Origin: Mobula hypostoma
Lineage: Eukaryota
NCBI RefSeq assembly: GCF_963921235.1
Contig: NC_086097.1
Coordinates: 14,942,001-15,006,000 of the forward strand
Length of the DNA stretch: 64,000 nt
Direction of reading: 5' to 3'
The translations under genes were made by a program, and so were the position numbers. Shown in pieces: positions 50,638 to 62,072 of this stretch. Below the pieces are notes generated by a model. It saw only the letters and a list, made by a program, of their open reading frames with translations, made no database searches and had not been told where the DNA came from. Numbering within the stretch: the stretch's first letter is position 1; each line of letters starts with the position of its first letter.

Positions 50638-52174
50638 ACACACCCATTCACACCCATTCCTCTGCTGGTTGTTTTCCTAAACTTGGAGCTGGCACAAATT
50701 TGATGGGTTGAATGACTGATAATATACACAATTTTAGAGCTGTGGGGGTAAAAATAATTCCACATGATAGTTTCAAAAGGGTTAAAATAATAAAATACCA
50801 AAGTTTTAGAGAATTACACACTCGTCAGAACAGCTATGGAAATCTAGCTGATGCCAATAATTTAATTTTAAAACCCGTAACATTAAATTTTCTACACGAG
50901 TGAAATTAACACACTTCATCTTTATTTACACACAAATGCTACAAAAACCAAGGGGAAAGCAGGCAGGTGTTTAAATTTGGAATTCAAAAAACTACTGCAG
51001 GAGTTGAAAGGGTTGTGGAGGGCTATGTTCCAGGTGCAGGTCTATGGGACAAGGCAGATTAATATTTTGGCGCAGACCAGATGTGCCAAAGGGCCTGTTT
51101 CTGTGCCCTAGTGTTCTATGACTATAACTGCTTCACTACTGAAACCTGGCTTTCAAAGATGCTTTAACTGATTGATGCCTCAATGTCAGCCACTTCATGA
51201 AAACTACTTTCAACAAATTTCAAAGATAAGCTTATATTTAGATAACATCAGACGTACTTGGAATACCTTTTAAGTATTCTCACCTAGCAATGCAAACGTG
51301 GTTGAGCAGGAAAATATGGTCTATCAACTGGGGTATGGAAAGTTTCTACAAACAATATGTGAGTTAATGCATGAACTGCCTTTGCTGAGAACAATATTGC
51401 CATGGCCACAGTTCTTTAAACAAAGCTGCATGCAAATTTTCAAATAATGGTATTGTTACTTGCCCTGGCTAAGACACCCCACATTAGCTTTAAGCATAGG
51501 AGCAATGCCTGGAACTTGAATGCAGGAGCCATCTTTCTCCTAATACATAAAAAGTCTTTTGGATTCACCAAGTCAAAGCCAACCATCAAGTACCTATATG
51601 CACTAATCCTATTTATTCTCCACCATTCCCAGATGCTCCAGTTTCTTCCCATGTCCCAACTTGAGCACCTTTGAGACTCTGAAGGAAACTGGAGCACCCA
51701 GGGTAAACCCCACAAGAACGTTCAAACTCCATACTGACAGCAAGATACAAAAGCCTGAAAGCACATACCACCAGGCACAAGAACAACTTCTATGCCACTG
51801 TTATAAAACTACTGAAATGTTGTCTAGTACAATAAGAAGGACTCTTGACTTTACAATCTATCACATTATGTCCTTGCACCCTACTGTCGGACTGCACTGC
51901 ACTGTCTCTAACACTTCCTTCTGCATTATGTTATTGCTTTCCTTTGTACTATCCCAATGCACCGTTGCAATGAAATGATCAGTATGGATGGCGTGCAAGA
52001 CAAAGTTTTACACTGTAACTTGGTGCACGTGACAATAATAAACATTTACCACTTGTACCCTCGAGCAAGATTGAACTAGTTAGTGGTGCATTGGAATGGC
52101 CTATGGTGGAACAGACCTGGAAAGCTATTATACAGCAACATTAACTTAATAAACACCAACTAATCTGCATGAAG

Positions 52175-52660
52175 CACTGACATTGGAGAGGGTTCAAAGG
52201 TGGTTCAGGAAAATTATTTTGGGAAAGGCTTGTCACACGACTTGCGTTTGATGGCTCTGGGCCTGTACTCACTGGAGTTCAGAAGACTGAAGGGTGACCT
52301 CATTAAATCCCATCGAATGTTGAAAGGCCTAGAGACAGTGGATGTGGAGAGTATGTTTCTTATGATGGGGGGGGGGGGGATCCCAAAAGCAGAGGACACA
52401 GCCTCAGAATAAAGGGTTGTCCTTTTAGACCAGAGATGAGGAGGAGTTTCTTTAGCCAGAGACTAGGGAATTTGTGGAATTCATTGCTACAGTTGACTGT
52501 GGATGCCAAGTCTTTAGGTATACTTAAGGCAGAGGTTGATTAGTCAGGACAGGAAGAAGGCAAGAGATTAGGTCTGAGAGGGAAAATGGATCAGCCATGG
52601 TGAAATGGCAGATCAGATCAATGAGCCAAATAGTCTAATTCTGCTCTGAAATCTTATGGT
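52175..52660 (+). mobile_element. CR1 3' fragment
   Basis: LGLYSLEFRRLKGDLIK..RMLKGLETVDVESMF and a CR1 tail. Confidence 0.8.
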
Positions 52661-52818
52661 CCAATCTCTCACCTGACCAACCAAAATACAAGTTAGAGGC
52701 AAAATCTCTCGGACTAACTTTCAATTGATATGTACTTCAAAAATGACTAAATATCTGAAAAGAATAAATCACAGGTAATCACAGGAAAATTTACTTACAT
52801 TACTAAATTATGACCTAC

Positions 52819-52891
52819 CTAGTATAGAATTTTTAGCAGATTCAACCGTCATCAGCATTTTCCGAGGGATCCACAGGAAAAGTTCTTCTGC
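52819..52891 (-). CDS. SETD3: SETD3 (actin-histidine N-methyltransferase) internal coding exon, 73 bp, phase 0 to 1
   Basis: Minus strand reads ttttcag|GCAGAAGAACTT...TCTATACTAG|gtaggt. It translates as AEELFLWIPRKMLMTVESAKNSIL(G), matching the vertebrate SETD3 segment AEELFLWVPRKLLMTVESAKNSVLG as I recall it. Canonical AG/GT, and the phase fits the next exon. Not in the ORF track. Confidence 0.96.
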
Positions 52892-53834
52892 CTGAAAACA
52901 AAGAATCACATTACCATGGCTATACTGATAAATGCACAAGTACATCGCTAATCATGTTATACTACCTACAGTCAACAACTCAAAAAGGCTCAAAACAGAA
53001 GCAAAACTCAAAGCACATTATAGCAAGCATATGCAATTAATTCTTACCAAAAGCATAAGCAACACAGTAATATTTAGCAACAATTACACGCATATTTTTG
53101 CATATCTTTGGAAAATAGAAGTGTGGCATTAAATTGCTGCTTTCACCAACTGTCACCTTCAATATGCGACAGGAGTAAATCCATTCTAACTGCTTTCAAA
53201 GTCTAGCTGAAATAGTAGAGGAAAGCAAATCGTGATGGCTCTATTTTACATATAACTGTTTTTCATCATTTCACGTGATACTGCTTTCTATTAATAACAA
53301 ATAGGTGCTGCCTTACTCAGCATTTATATAGTGCTGGTTTAGTTCCTACTTTATTTGCATAAACTCAGCTAGGCTTTGATTTCTCCAGGTAAGTTTGCTA
53401 ATTTGATGTGTTACACGATAACCGCTGGAACCTGCAGTGCTCCACCGCGTCGCCATTTTTGGATGTGAGATATAGATCGGTAGGTTGAGTCGCAACAACA
53501 ACCTCCAACTCAACAGCAGAAGGCGATGGAACCTGACGTTCACAGATGGAAAGGGAGAAAGTCAAGAAAACACACACTAATCCTCATTGCAGTGCAAAGG
53601 GTCAACATCTTAAAGTAGCTATCCTGGCGCTAACACACTGATGCAATCATGAAGAAGGAATGGCAACAGCTCTACGTATTAGAAGCTTGGTAACTCAAAG
53701 ACTCTTGCAAATACCAATAGATGTATGGTCAAGGGTAGTCTGTCAGGTTGCATCACAGCCTGGCGTGCACATGATCACAAGAGACGGTAGAGGGCTGTGG
53801 ACACAGCCAGTTCCATCATGGGCACAAACCTCCT

Positions 53835-54056
53835 TGTTGTGTTTGTAACTCCAGAAACTAATTGAAAGAAAACACGGAAGCTGGGATGGTGCTCTGATGA
53901 ATTTTCTTTTAGTGAGGCGTTCACATTACACAGCGGCATAATGACGTATGCCATTCATGCATTTCTTACATATAACCCATGATGAATTCTGTAACCAAAG
54001 AATATCTTTATCAAACAATATATTTACAATATTACTCAAATATTAAATACACTACA
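53835..54056. mobile_element. Probable solo LTR (222 bp) inserted in a Rex/Babar fragment (~53785-54352)
   Basis: Starts TGTTGTGTTT and ends ATACACTACA (TG...CA, 8/10 inverted). Flanked by ctcct and ctccc (5-bp TSD with one mismatch). The host frame GTNLPNI is restored on removal. Confidence 0.65.
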
Positions 54057-54910
54057 CTCCCCAATATCAAGACAGTGGCATCCATCACTAAGGAGCCTCA
54101 CCATCCAGGACGTGCCCTCTTCTCATTACTACCATGGGGGAGGAAGTACAGGAGGCTTAAAATACATTGTCAATAATCTAGAAACAACTTCTACCACCAA
54201 ATTTATGAAAAGTCCATCAACACTACCCATTCATTTCATTTTTGTTCACAGTTTTGTAATTTATAGTAATTTTGTGTTTGCCCCATTCTGCATCTGCAAA
54301 ACAACACATTTTATGTCATGTAAGACAATGATAATAAATCTGATTCATATTCTGAGTTCCCGCATAACTCAGAAACAAAGTCTGTTATTCAAATAAAAGA
54401 AAATGATTTAGTACCTGTGAGCCAAGATTTCATCTGGCACTTCTCAAATACAAGAGTTCATCTTCAGTAACAAACTACTTTGTCTGAGCGCTACACAATC
54501 AGATCCAACCAGAAACATAATTGAAAACTGGAACCCAAATTCAACACTCCAGAAAAACAAATTGAAAGAGGGCATAATGCATGACAAGGAATTGTTGAGG
54601 TTTGAGCTTATAGGATCAAGTATGTTCAAAAAGGGGGGAAAAAATACCCCAGGAACCCAAGAATCTTAGCTAATATTATATATGCCCCCTTTTCTTATCA
54701 TTGTGTAATGCTGCATTCAAGTTTTTGGGATCAACATCGCCAAGAGCTCTCTTAGTCCATTAACACAGCCTCAAAAGTAGGGTAAGTGCTTAAGAAGAGC
54801 TAATCTGCCCCAAAAATTGCTGGCAAATTTTTAATCGATATTTATCTATTTTTTCTCCATAGAATAACTACAGCACAATACATGCCCTTCAGCCCACAAA
54901 GCTATGCTGA

Positions 54911-55323
54911 AAAGGCCAAGCCTTTTCTCCTCGGAGCGACAAAGGATGAGAGGTGACCTGATAGAGGTGACTTAGATGATGAGAGGCATTGATCGTGTGG
55001 ATAGTCAGAGGGCTTTTCCCATGGCTGAAATGGCGAACATGAGAGGGCACAGTTTTAAGGTGCTTGGAAGTAGGTACAGAGGTGTCAGGGGTGATTGTTG
55101 TTTTTTTTTTAAAACGCAGAGAGTGGTGAGTGCGTGGAATGGGCTGCTGGCGACAGTGGTGGAGATGGATATGATAGGGTCTTTTAAGAGATTCCAGGAT
55201 AGGTACATGGAATGTAGAAAAATAGAGGGCTATGCGTAACCCTAGGTAATTTCTAAAGTAAGTACATGTTTGGCACAGCATCGTTGGCTGAAGGGCCTGT
55301 ATTGTGCTGCAGTTATTCTATGA
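54911..55323 (+). mobile_element. CR1 3' fragment at the centre of an inverted duplication
   Basis: ORF 54976..55239 MRGIDRVDSQRAFP...RGHSFKVLG. Same subfamily as 11255-11709. Confidence 0.85.
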
Positions 55324-55476
55324 ATAAATAAATAAATATCAATAAAAGTTTGCCAGCAATTTTTTGGGCAGATTAGCTCTCCTCGAGCACTTACCCTACT
55401 ATTGAGGTTGTGTTAACGGACCAAGAGAGCTCCACGGCAATGTTGATCCCCAAAAACTTGAACACAGCGTTACACA

Positions 55477-56195
55477 TAGAACAGAGAAATCTAGGAATAA
55501 TGGAGCATAGTTCCCTGAAGGTGGAATCTCATGTGGATAGGGTGGTGAAGAAAGCTTTTGGTATGCTGGCCTTTATAAATCAGAGCATTGAGTATAGGAA
55601 TTGGGATGTAATGTTGAAATTGTATAAGGCACTGATAAGGCCAAATTTGGAGTACTGTGTACAGTTCTGGTCACCGAATTATAGGAAAGATGTCAATAAA
55701 ATTGAGAGAGTTCAGGGGAGATTTACTAAAATGTTGCCTGGGTTTCATCTCTCAAGCTACAGAGAAAGGTTGAACAAGTTAGGTCTTTATTCTTTGGAAC
55801 GTAGAAGGTTGAGGGGGGACTTGATAGAGGTATTTAAACTTATGAGGGGGATAGATAGAGTTGACGTGGATAGGCTTTTTCCATTGAGAGTGGGGGAGAT
55901 TCAAACTAGAGGACATGAGTTGAGAGTTAAAGGGCAAAAGTTTAGGGGTAACATGAGGGGGAACTTCTTTACTCAGAGAGTGGTAGCTGTGTGGAACGAG
56001 CTTCCAGCAGAAGTGGTTGAGGCAGGTTCGATGTTGTCTTTTAAAGTTAAATTGGATAGATACATAGACAGGAAAGGAATGGAGGGTTAGGGGCTGAGTG
56101 CAGGTCGGTGGGACTAGGTGAGAGTAAGAGTTCAGCATGGACTAGAAAGGCCAAGATGGCCTGTTTCCGTGCTGTAATTGTTATATGGTTATATG
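55477..56195 (+). mobile_element. Young CR1 LINE 3' part
   Basis: ORF 55410..56090 from EQRNLGIMEHSSLKVESH to FFTQRVVAVWNELP. Tail gttatatggttatatg. Confidence 0.93.
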
Positions 56196-56696
56196 TGATA
56201 GACAGCATACAGATATAGGGAATGAAAGTGTGGTACTCCAGCTGCAGCAAGACAGATCACAAAGCACTCTAATGGGTGATTAGGATGGTTTAGCACATCA
56301 TTGGGAATCAACTACCTAACCAGAAGGCAATCTGCGACTCTCGGTGCCTACAGGGCGCTCGTAACATCATTAAGACCCATTTCATCCTGGACTCAGTCTG
56401 TACAACCTCCTGCCATCTGGCAGGAGATACAGAAACATCTTAGGCAAGACAGCAAGTCTGAAAAACAGCTTCTCCCAAGGACCGTTGTGCAGCTGAATAA
56501 TGTTAAATACCGGCTTGTCAATGGCCTTCTAGTATTATGGACTATCGCAGTCACTTGTTGCATGTAAGTATGGGAATCTCTTTCAAATTAAGCCTTACTT
56601 CATGCATTGTAAATATCTGTATTGCACAGACTGGAGTAGCACCGCAGTCTCGTTGTCTAGAGTAATGACAATAAATTTCTGTTGTATTCTACATAG

Positions 56697-57200
56697 GAAG
56701 ATGGTGTTGAAGAAGCTTATGAGAGGAAAAAGACCAAGTACTCTGAACTAGCAACTGAAGCTGCCCAGAATGGCTGGAAGACCAAGAGTTTCCCAGTAAA
56801 AGTGGGATGCAGGGGATTCGTTGCTACACCTACGACCAGTCGATTGAAGAAGAAGGGGGTGAGGGGTCACTCCCTCCAACAAGCAATCAAGTCCTTGTCA
56901 AATGCAGCAGAAGAAAGCAGCAATTGGATTTGGATTAAAAGGAAAGACAACAACTGGGCTGCAAGATGAAGACAGGAGGGTATGGAACTGAGGGGGGGTG
57001 TATCTGGGACGCCAGGCAGCACCATTGAGCCCTCTGGAGACGTCATGGGCTTATCAATGAAACTTCAAAGGAGGGTGCCCACCTGATGACCCCGATGAAC
57101 GTACCTACCCTCCCTCCTTGTCACCACTCCAAGCCCACTGCCCACATCAAGAGTGCCGACTTGCATAGGGATTGAAACATCAAGTCCTAGTAGCTGTACC
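56697..57200 (+). mobile_element. Hero-type (R2 superfamily, restriction-like endonuclease) LINE 3' end
   Basis: Open frame 56697-56969, absent from the ORF track because it has no start codon: EDGVEEAYERKKTKYSELATEAAQNGWKTKSFPVKVGCRGFVATPTTSRLKKKGVRGHSLQQAIKSLSNAAEESSNWIWIKRKDNNWAAR*. It carries the K..KY..L, GW, P.EVG.RGF and AE..S.W.W..R motifs. Confidence 0.8.
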
Positions 57201-57281
57201 TCACCCTAAAGTAGTTTTAAACCAACATAATAGTTAGGTCAATTATCATTTGGGCAGGAAGAGAAAATATTTGTTATAAAA

Positions 57282-60200
57282 CATAGAACAGAACAGTACA
57301 GCACAGTAACAGGCTATTTGGCCCATAACGTTACACCGAACCAGCTTAAAAGCAATCAGAAACACCCAAACACTAATCCTTCCTCCTACATCATGTATAC
57401 ATCCCTCCAACTTCATTACAACCATGTGACTATGCAAATGTCTCTTAAAAGCCTCTAATATATTTGCCTCTACCACCATACTAGGCAGCATGTTCCAGGC
57501 ATCCACCTCTCTGACTAAAACACTTACCTCTCACATCCCCTTTGAATCTACCCCCTCTCACCTATGCCCTCTGGTATTAGATATTTCAACCCTGGGAAAC
57601 GGATACTCTCTGTCCACTATCAAAGCCTCTCAAAATTGTGTAAATCTCTATCAGATCTCCTCTCAGCCTCTGGCACTCCAGAGAAAAGAACCCAAGTTTA
57701 TCAGCCTCTTGTGATAGCACATGGCCTCCAAATCAGGCAGCATGCTGGTAAACCTCTTCTGCATCAGCTCTAAAACTACAACATCCTTCCTGCAGTGGGG
57801 TGACCAGAACTCTTATGCAATACTCCTGATATGGCCTAACCAGAGTTTTATAAAGTTGCAACATAACCTCTTGACTTTTGAACTCAATGTCTCGACAAAT
57901 AAAAGCAAGCATTCTATAAGGCTTCTTAACCACCTTATTAACCTGTGTAGCCACTTTCAAGGAGATACAAACTTGGACCCCAAGATCTCTCTGCTCAGCA
58001 ACGCTGTTCAGGATTTTGCCCAACCAAGGTGCAACACCTCACATTTATATGGGTTAATCTCCAGTTGCCATTTCTCTGTCCATATCTGCAACTGATCTAT
58101 ATCATGCTGCATTCTTTGCCAGTCTTCTACACTATCCACAACCCCACCAATCTTGGTATCATCTGCAAACTTACCTACCTACCCAGCTATATTTTCATCC
58201 AAGTCATTTATATACATTACAAACAGCAGAGCCCTGCAGACCTCCACTAATTACAGACCTCCAGCTTGAATAAGTCCCTTCAACCAGTACCCTCTGTCTT
58301 CCATGCGCAAGTCAGTTCTGAATCCAAGCAGCCAATTCTCCGTAGATCCCATGCATCTGAATCTTCTGGATTAGCCTCCCATGAGGGACTTTGTCAAACA
58401 CCTTACTAAAATCCATGTAGATAACATCCACTGCCCTATCCGCATCAATCTCTCTCGCCACCTTGTCGAAAACTCAATCAAGTTGGTAAAGCACGATCTG
58501 GCATGCACAAAGCCATGCTGTGTCTCCCCAATTAGGCTATGGTTTCCAAATGCTCATATATCCTATCTCTGGGATGTTTCCCTACAACTGACACAAGTCT
58601 ATAGTTCCCTGGATTTTCCCTTGTTCCGTTCTTAAAACAGAGGTATAACATTAGCCACTCGCCAGTCCTCTAGGACCTCGTCTGTGGCTAGAGAGGGTAC
58701 GAAGATACTGGTCAAGGGCCCAGCAAGCTTGTCTCTTACCCCTCCTTCAATAACATGGGGTAAATCACATCAGGCCCTGTGGGCTTAACCACCTTCATAG
58801 CCATTAGGAGGCCCAACACTTCCTCCTCCTAGACCTCTAAATGTCCTAATATACTTGTATATTTAACAATGATCTCCTTTTTCTCCATGTCCTTTTCCTT
58901 GGTAAATACTGTAGCAAAGTACTCATTAAATACCTCACTGATATTCTCCCCATCCAAGCAAATGTTCTCCCACTATATTTTTGAGTGGTCCACCCCTCTC
59001 CCTACTTATCCTTTTGATGCATGTATAGAATGCCTTGGGATTCACCTTAAAGAATTTTCAACAACCCTCCTGGCTTCCTAATTCCCCTTTTTAGTTCTTT
59101 TTTGGCTTCTTTATACTCCTCGTGCTTTTTTTGATCCTAACTTCCAAAGCTTTACATACTTTTCCTTTTTGACTAAATTTATCACCTGTCTGGACATCCA
59201 AGGTCCTCTTATCTTTCCATCCCAGTCCTTTTTAACAGGAACATACCTTTCCTGTACTCTGTGCAGTTGATTTTTAAATACCCTCCACATGTCTGCTATG
59301 CTCTTGCCAGAGAAAGAAATGTACCCAATTAATGTTTCTTAGTTCCTTGCCAATGCCCTCGTAATGTACCCTGCTCCAATTTAAAATTCTCCTAAAAGGA
59401 CCATATCTATAGTTATTCGGAAAGATAAGGAGCTATGGTCATTGTTACCCAACTGTTCATTCACTGAAAGGTCAGTCACCTGGCCAGGCTCATTACCCAA
59501 CACCAGGTCCAGTACGGCCCCTCCTCTTGTTGGACTGCACACATATTGATTTAAGAAACCTTCCTGGATACACTTAAGAAATTCTGTCCCATGCACTAAG
59601 GTGATCCCAGTTTATATTAGGGAAGTTGAAATCACCCATGACAACAACCCAATTATTTTTCCATACTTCCTTAATCTGATTACATATCTGTTCCGCAATG
59701 TCCTGCTGACTATTAGGGAGTCTGTAGTACAATCCCAGCAGTGTGATTGCACCCTTCCTATTCCTGAGTTCTATCCAAATGGGACTCAGTGTCTGACCCC
59801 TCCATTATGTCTCCAGAGCACAGCTGTGATATTGCTCCTGATTAGTAGTGCAACTCTACCCCCACCTCCACGTTCTACGTCTCCCTAAATCTTTTCTAAA
59901 GCTTTGAAAACATGATACATTAATCACTCATTCCTGCCCCTCTCTCAACCAAGTTTCAGTAATAGCTACAGTATCGTAGTTCCATGTACTCATCCATGTT
60001 CGAAGTTCATCACCCTTATCGCTAACACTCCTAGCATTAAAATACACACACTTCAAACTATCCGACCCAACATACTTGTTATTTCAACTTTTCCTTTCAA
60101 CACTTTCCCTGACATGCAACTTCCGGTCTGATCCTTCCCTTACTGACCTGGTGCTCCGGTGCCCAGCCCCCAGCAAAACTAGTTTAAATTCTCCTGAGTA

Positions 60201-60436
60201 GCATCAGCAAACCTCACGGCCTGGATACTGGTTCCTCTCCAGTTCAGGTGTAACTCAATCCTCGTGTGCTGATCACCCCTTTCCCCAGAAAATTTCCAAT
60301 GATCTAAGAACTTGAAACCCTGCCCCTTGCACCATTTCCTCAGCCACTCATGCATCTGTGCTATCGCCCGATTCCTATCTGCACCAGCCCGTGGCAGAGG
60401 CAGTAATCCAGAGTAATTATTTACACTGCCTTTCTG
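57282..60436 (-). mobile_element. Near-full-length decayed CR1 LINE (ORF1 SGNH esterase tail, endonuclease, RT, 3' UTR)
   Basis: ORF 60179..60448 SGLLPLPRA...WLRKWCKGQGFKFLDHW...LHLN (CR1 ORF1 esterase), 59381..59596 PTRGGAVLDLVLGNE...NDH (APE), RT remnants and tail. Confidence 0.9.
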
Positions 60437-60479
60437 CTTTGTTAACAAATATCAAGCAGAACACATTGTGACTGTAGGA

Positions 60480-60707
60480 ACACACACAAAATGCTAGAGG
60501 AACTTAGCAGGCCATGCAGCATTTGTGGAAAAAAAAGTACAGTTGACATTTCAGGCCAAGACTGTGGTCCTGCCAAAGGGTCTTGGCCTGAAACACTGAC
60601 TGTATTTCCACCCCCACCCCCATAGATGCTGCCTGGCCTGCTGAGTTCCTCCAGCATTTTGTGTGTGTTGCTTGGATTTCCAGCATCTGCAGATTTTCTC
60701 GTTTGTG
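60480..60707. mobile_element. Penelope-derived head-to-head inverted insertion with 14-bp TSD
   Basis: Arms ~60480-60562 and ~60566-60707. TSD ttgtgactgtagga at 60466-60479 and 60708-60721. Confidence 0.85.
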
Positions 60708-61769
60708 TTGTGACTGTAGGAGTTGGCTTGATTATACATTCCTGATTGGCTAATTCACTATGCAACATGCTTAAGCATGTATTCATTCATACAAGTAATG
60801 GATTGCTCGACATTTGGTTCATATGAAAATATTTTACCAAATTTGCAAACTAGTCCGGTCAATTGTTCTTCATTAGCTCAACCAAGGAAGGATATGAACT
60901 CTCAGCAGTAAGTTACAAAATTAAGTTTAAACAGTCCAATCAGAAACTTTGGCTCAGGAGCAGGTACAGGACCCACACTCTGTTTCAGGAACAGCTTCTT
61001 CCTCCCTGCTATCAGATTTCTCAACAGTCCATAAACACGACCTCTCTATTCCTCTTTTGCACTATTTATGCATGCATTTTACCTTGCAGTAATTTACGTC
61101 TTCCACCGTAATGCTGCCACAAAACAAATTTCACGACATATGTCAATGATAATGAGCCAGGTTCTGACTTCAGTTGAAATATCCACACCTTTCAATTCCT
61201 CCCAACACCTACACACCAAGATTTATTTAAAAGTCAATTTCAACAACTTTGAAGGATGAAAGGGAACTTCTATGAAAAAATGAGAGAAAGAAAAACTATT
61301 CACATTTCAGATGACTGCCATTTCATTAGAGACGAATATGACAAAAGGCCATTGACCTGATGAATTATAAACACAGGGGATTCTGCAGGTGCTGGAAATC
61401 TGCTTGAATTTTGCAAGTTGGCCCTATTTTTTCCTCTGTCCTCAGCTGCTGCATGTCTTGAGTACATCTAACATTTTCTTCTTTTATTCTTAGACTTCCA
61501 GCAATGGGAATAGATTACTTACAAAAGCAAAATATTAGACTGTGACGTTATGCAAATTACAGTACTGTTAAGTAATATCACAGCGACAAAGGTATATTTC
61601 AAGGAATTAAAGGAGATGTGCAGTACAATTTTTTTCTTTTAAACAGAGCGGTGGATGTCTGGAATGCACTGCTAGGGGTAGCAGTGGAGGCAAATACCAT
61701 AAAGGAGTTTTAGAGACTTTTAGGTACATTGTGTAAGCAGAAGGAATAATTAAGGTTAAGTATTTAATT

Positions 61770-62050
61770 CTCATCTGCTTATTACTTCCCTCGGGTCCTC
61801 TCCTCCTTCCCTTTCTCCTATCATCCACTCTCCTCTCCTATCAGATTCTTTCTTGTTTGGCCCTTGACCTTTCCCACTCACCTGGCTTCATCTATCACAT
61901 TCCAGCTAGACTCTTTCCCCTCCCCCTGCCCTTTTACTCTGGCAAGTTCTCCTTTCTTTCTCAGTCACGAAGAAGGGTCTTGGCCCGAAACATTGACTCT
62001 TCCCTCTTTTCCCAGTGATGCTGCTTGACCTGCTGAGTTCCTCCAGTATT
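61770..62050 (+). mobile_element. Penelope-like 3' fragment with degenerate hammerhead (61962-61999)
   Basis: Pyrimidine tract then CAGTC ACGAAGA AGGGTCTTGGCCC GAAAC ATT GACTC. Confidence 0.7.
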
Positions 62051-62072
62051 CCGTAGGTTACTAGACATCTTT

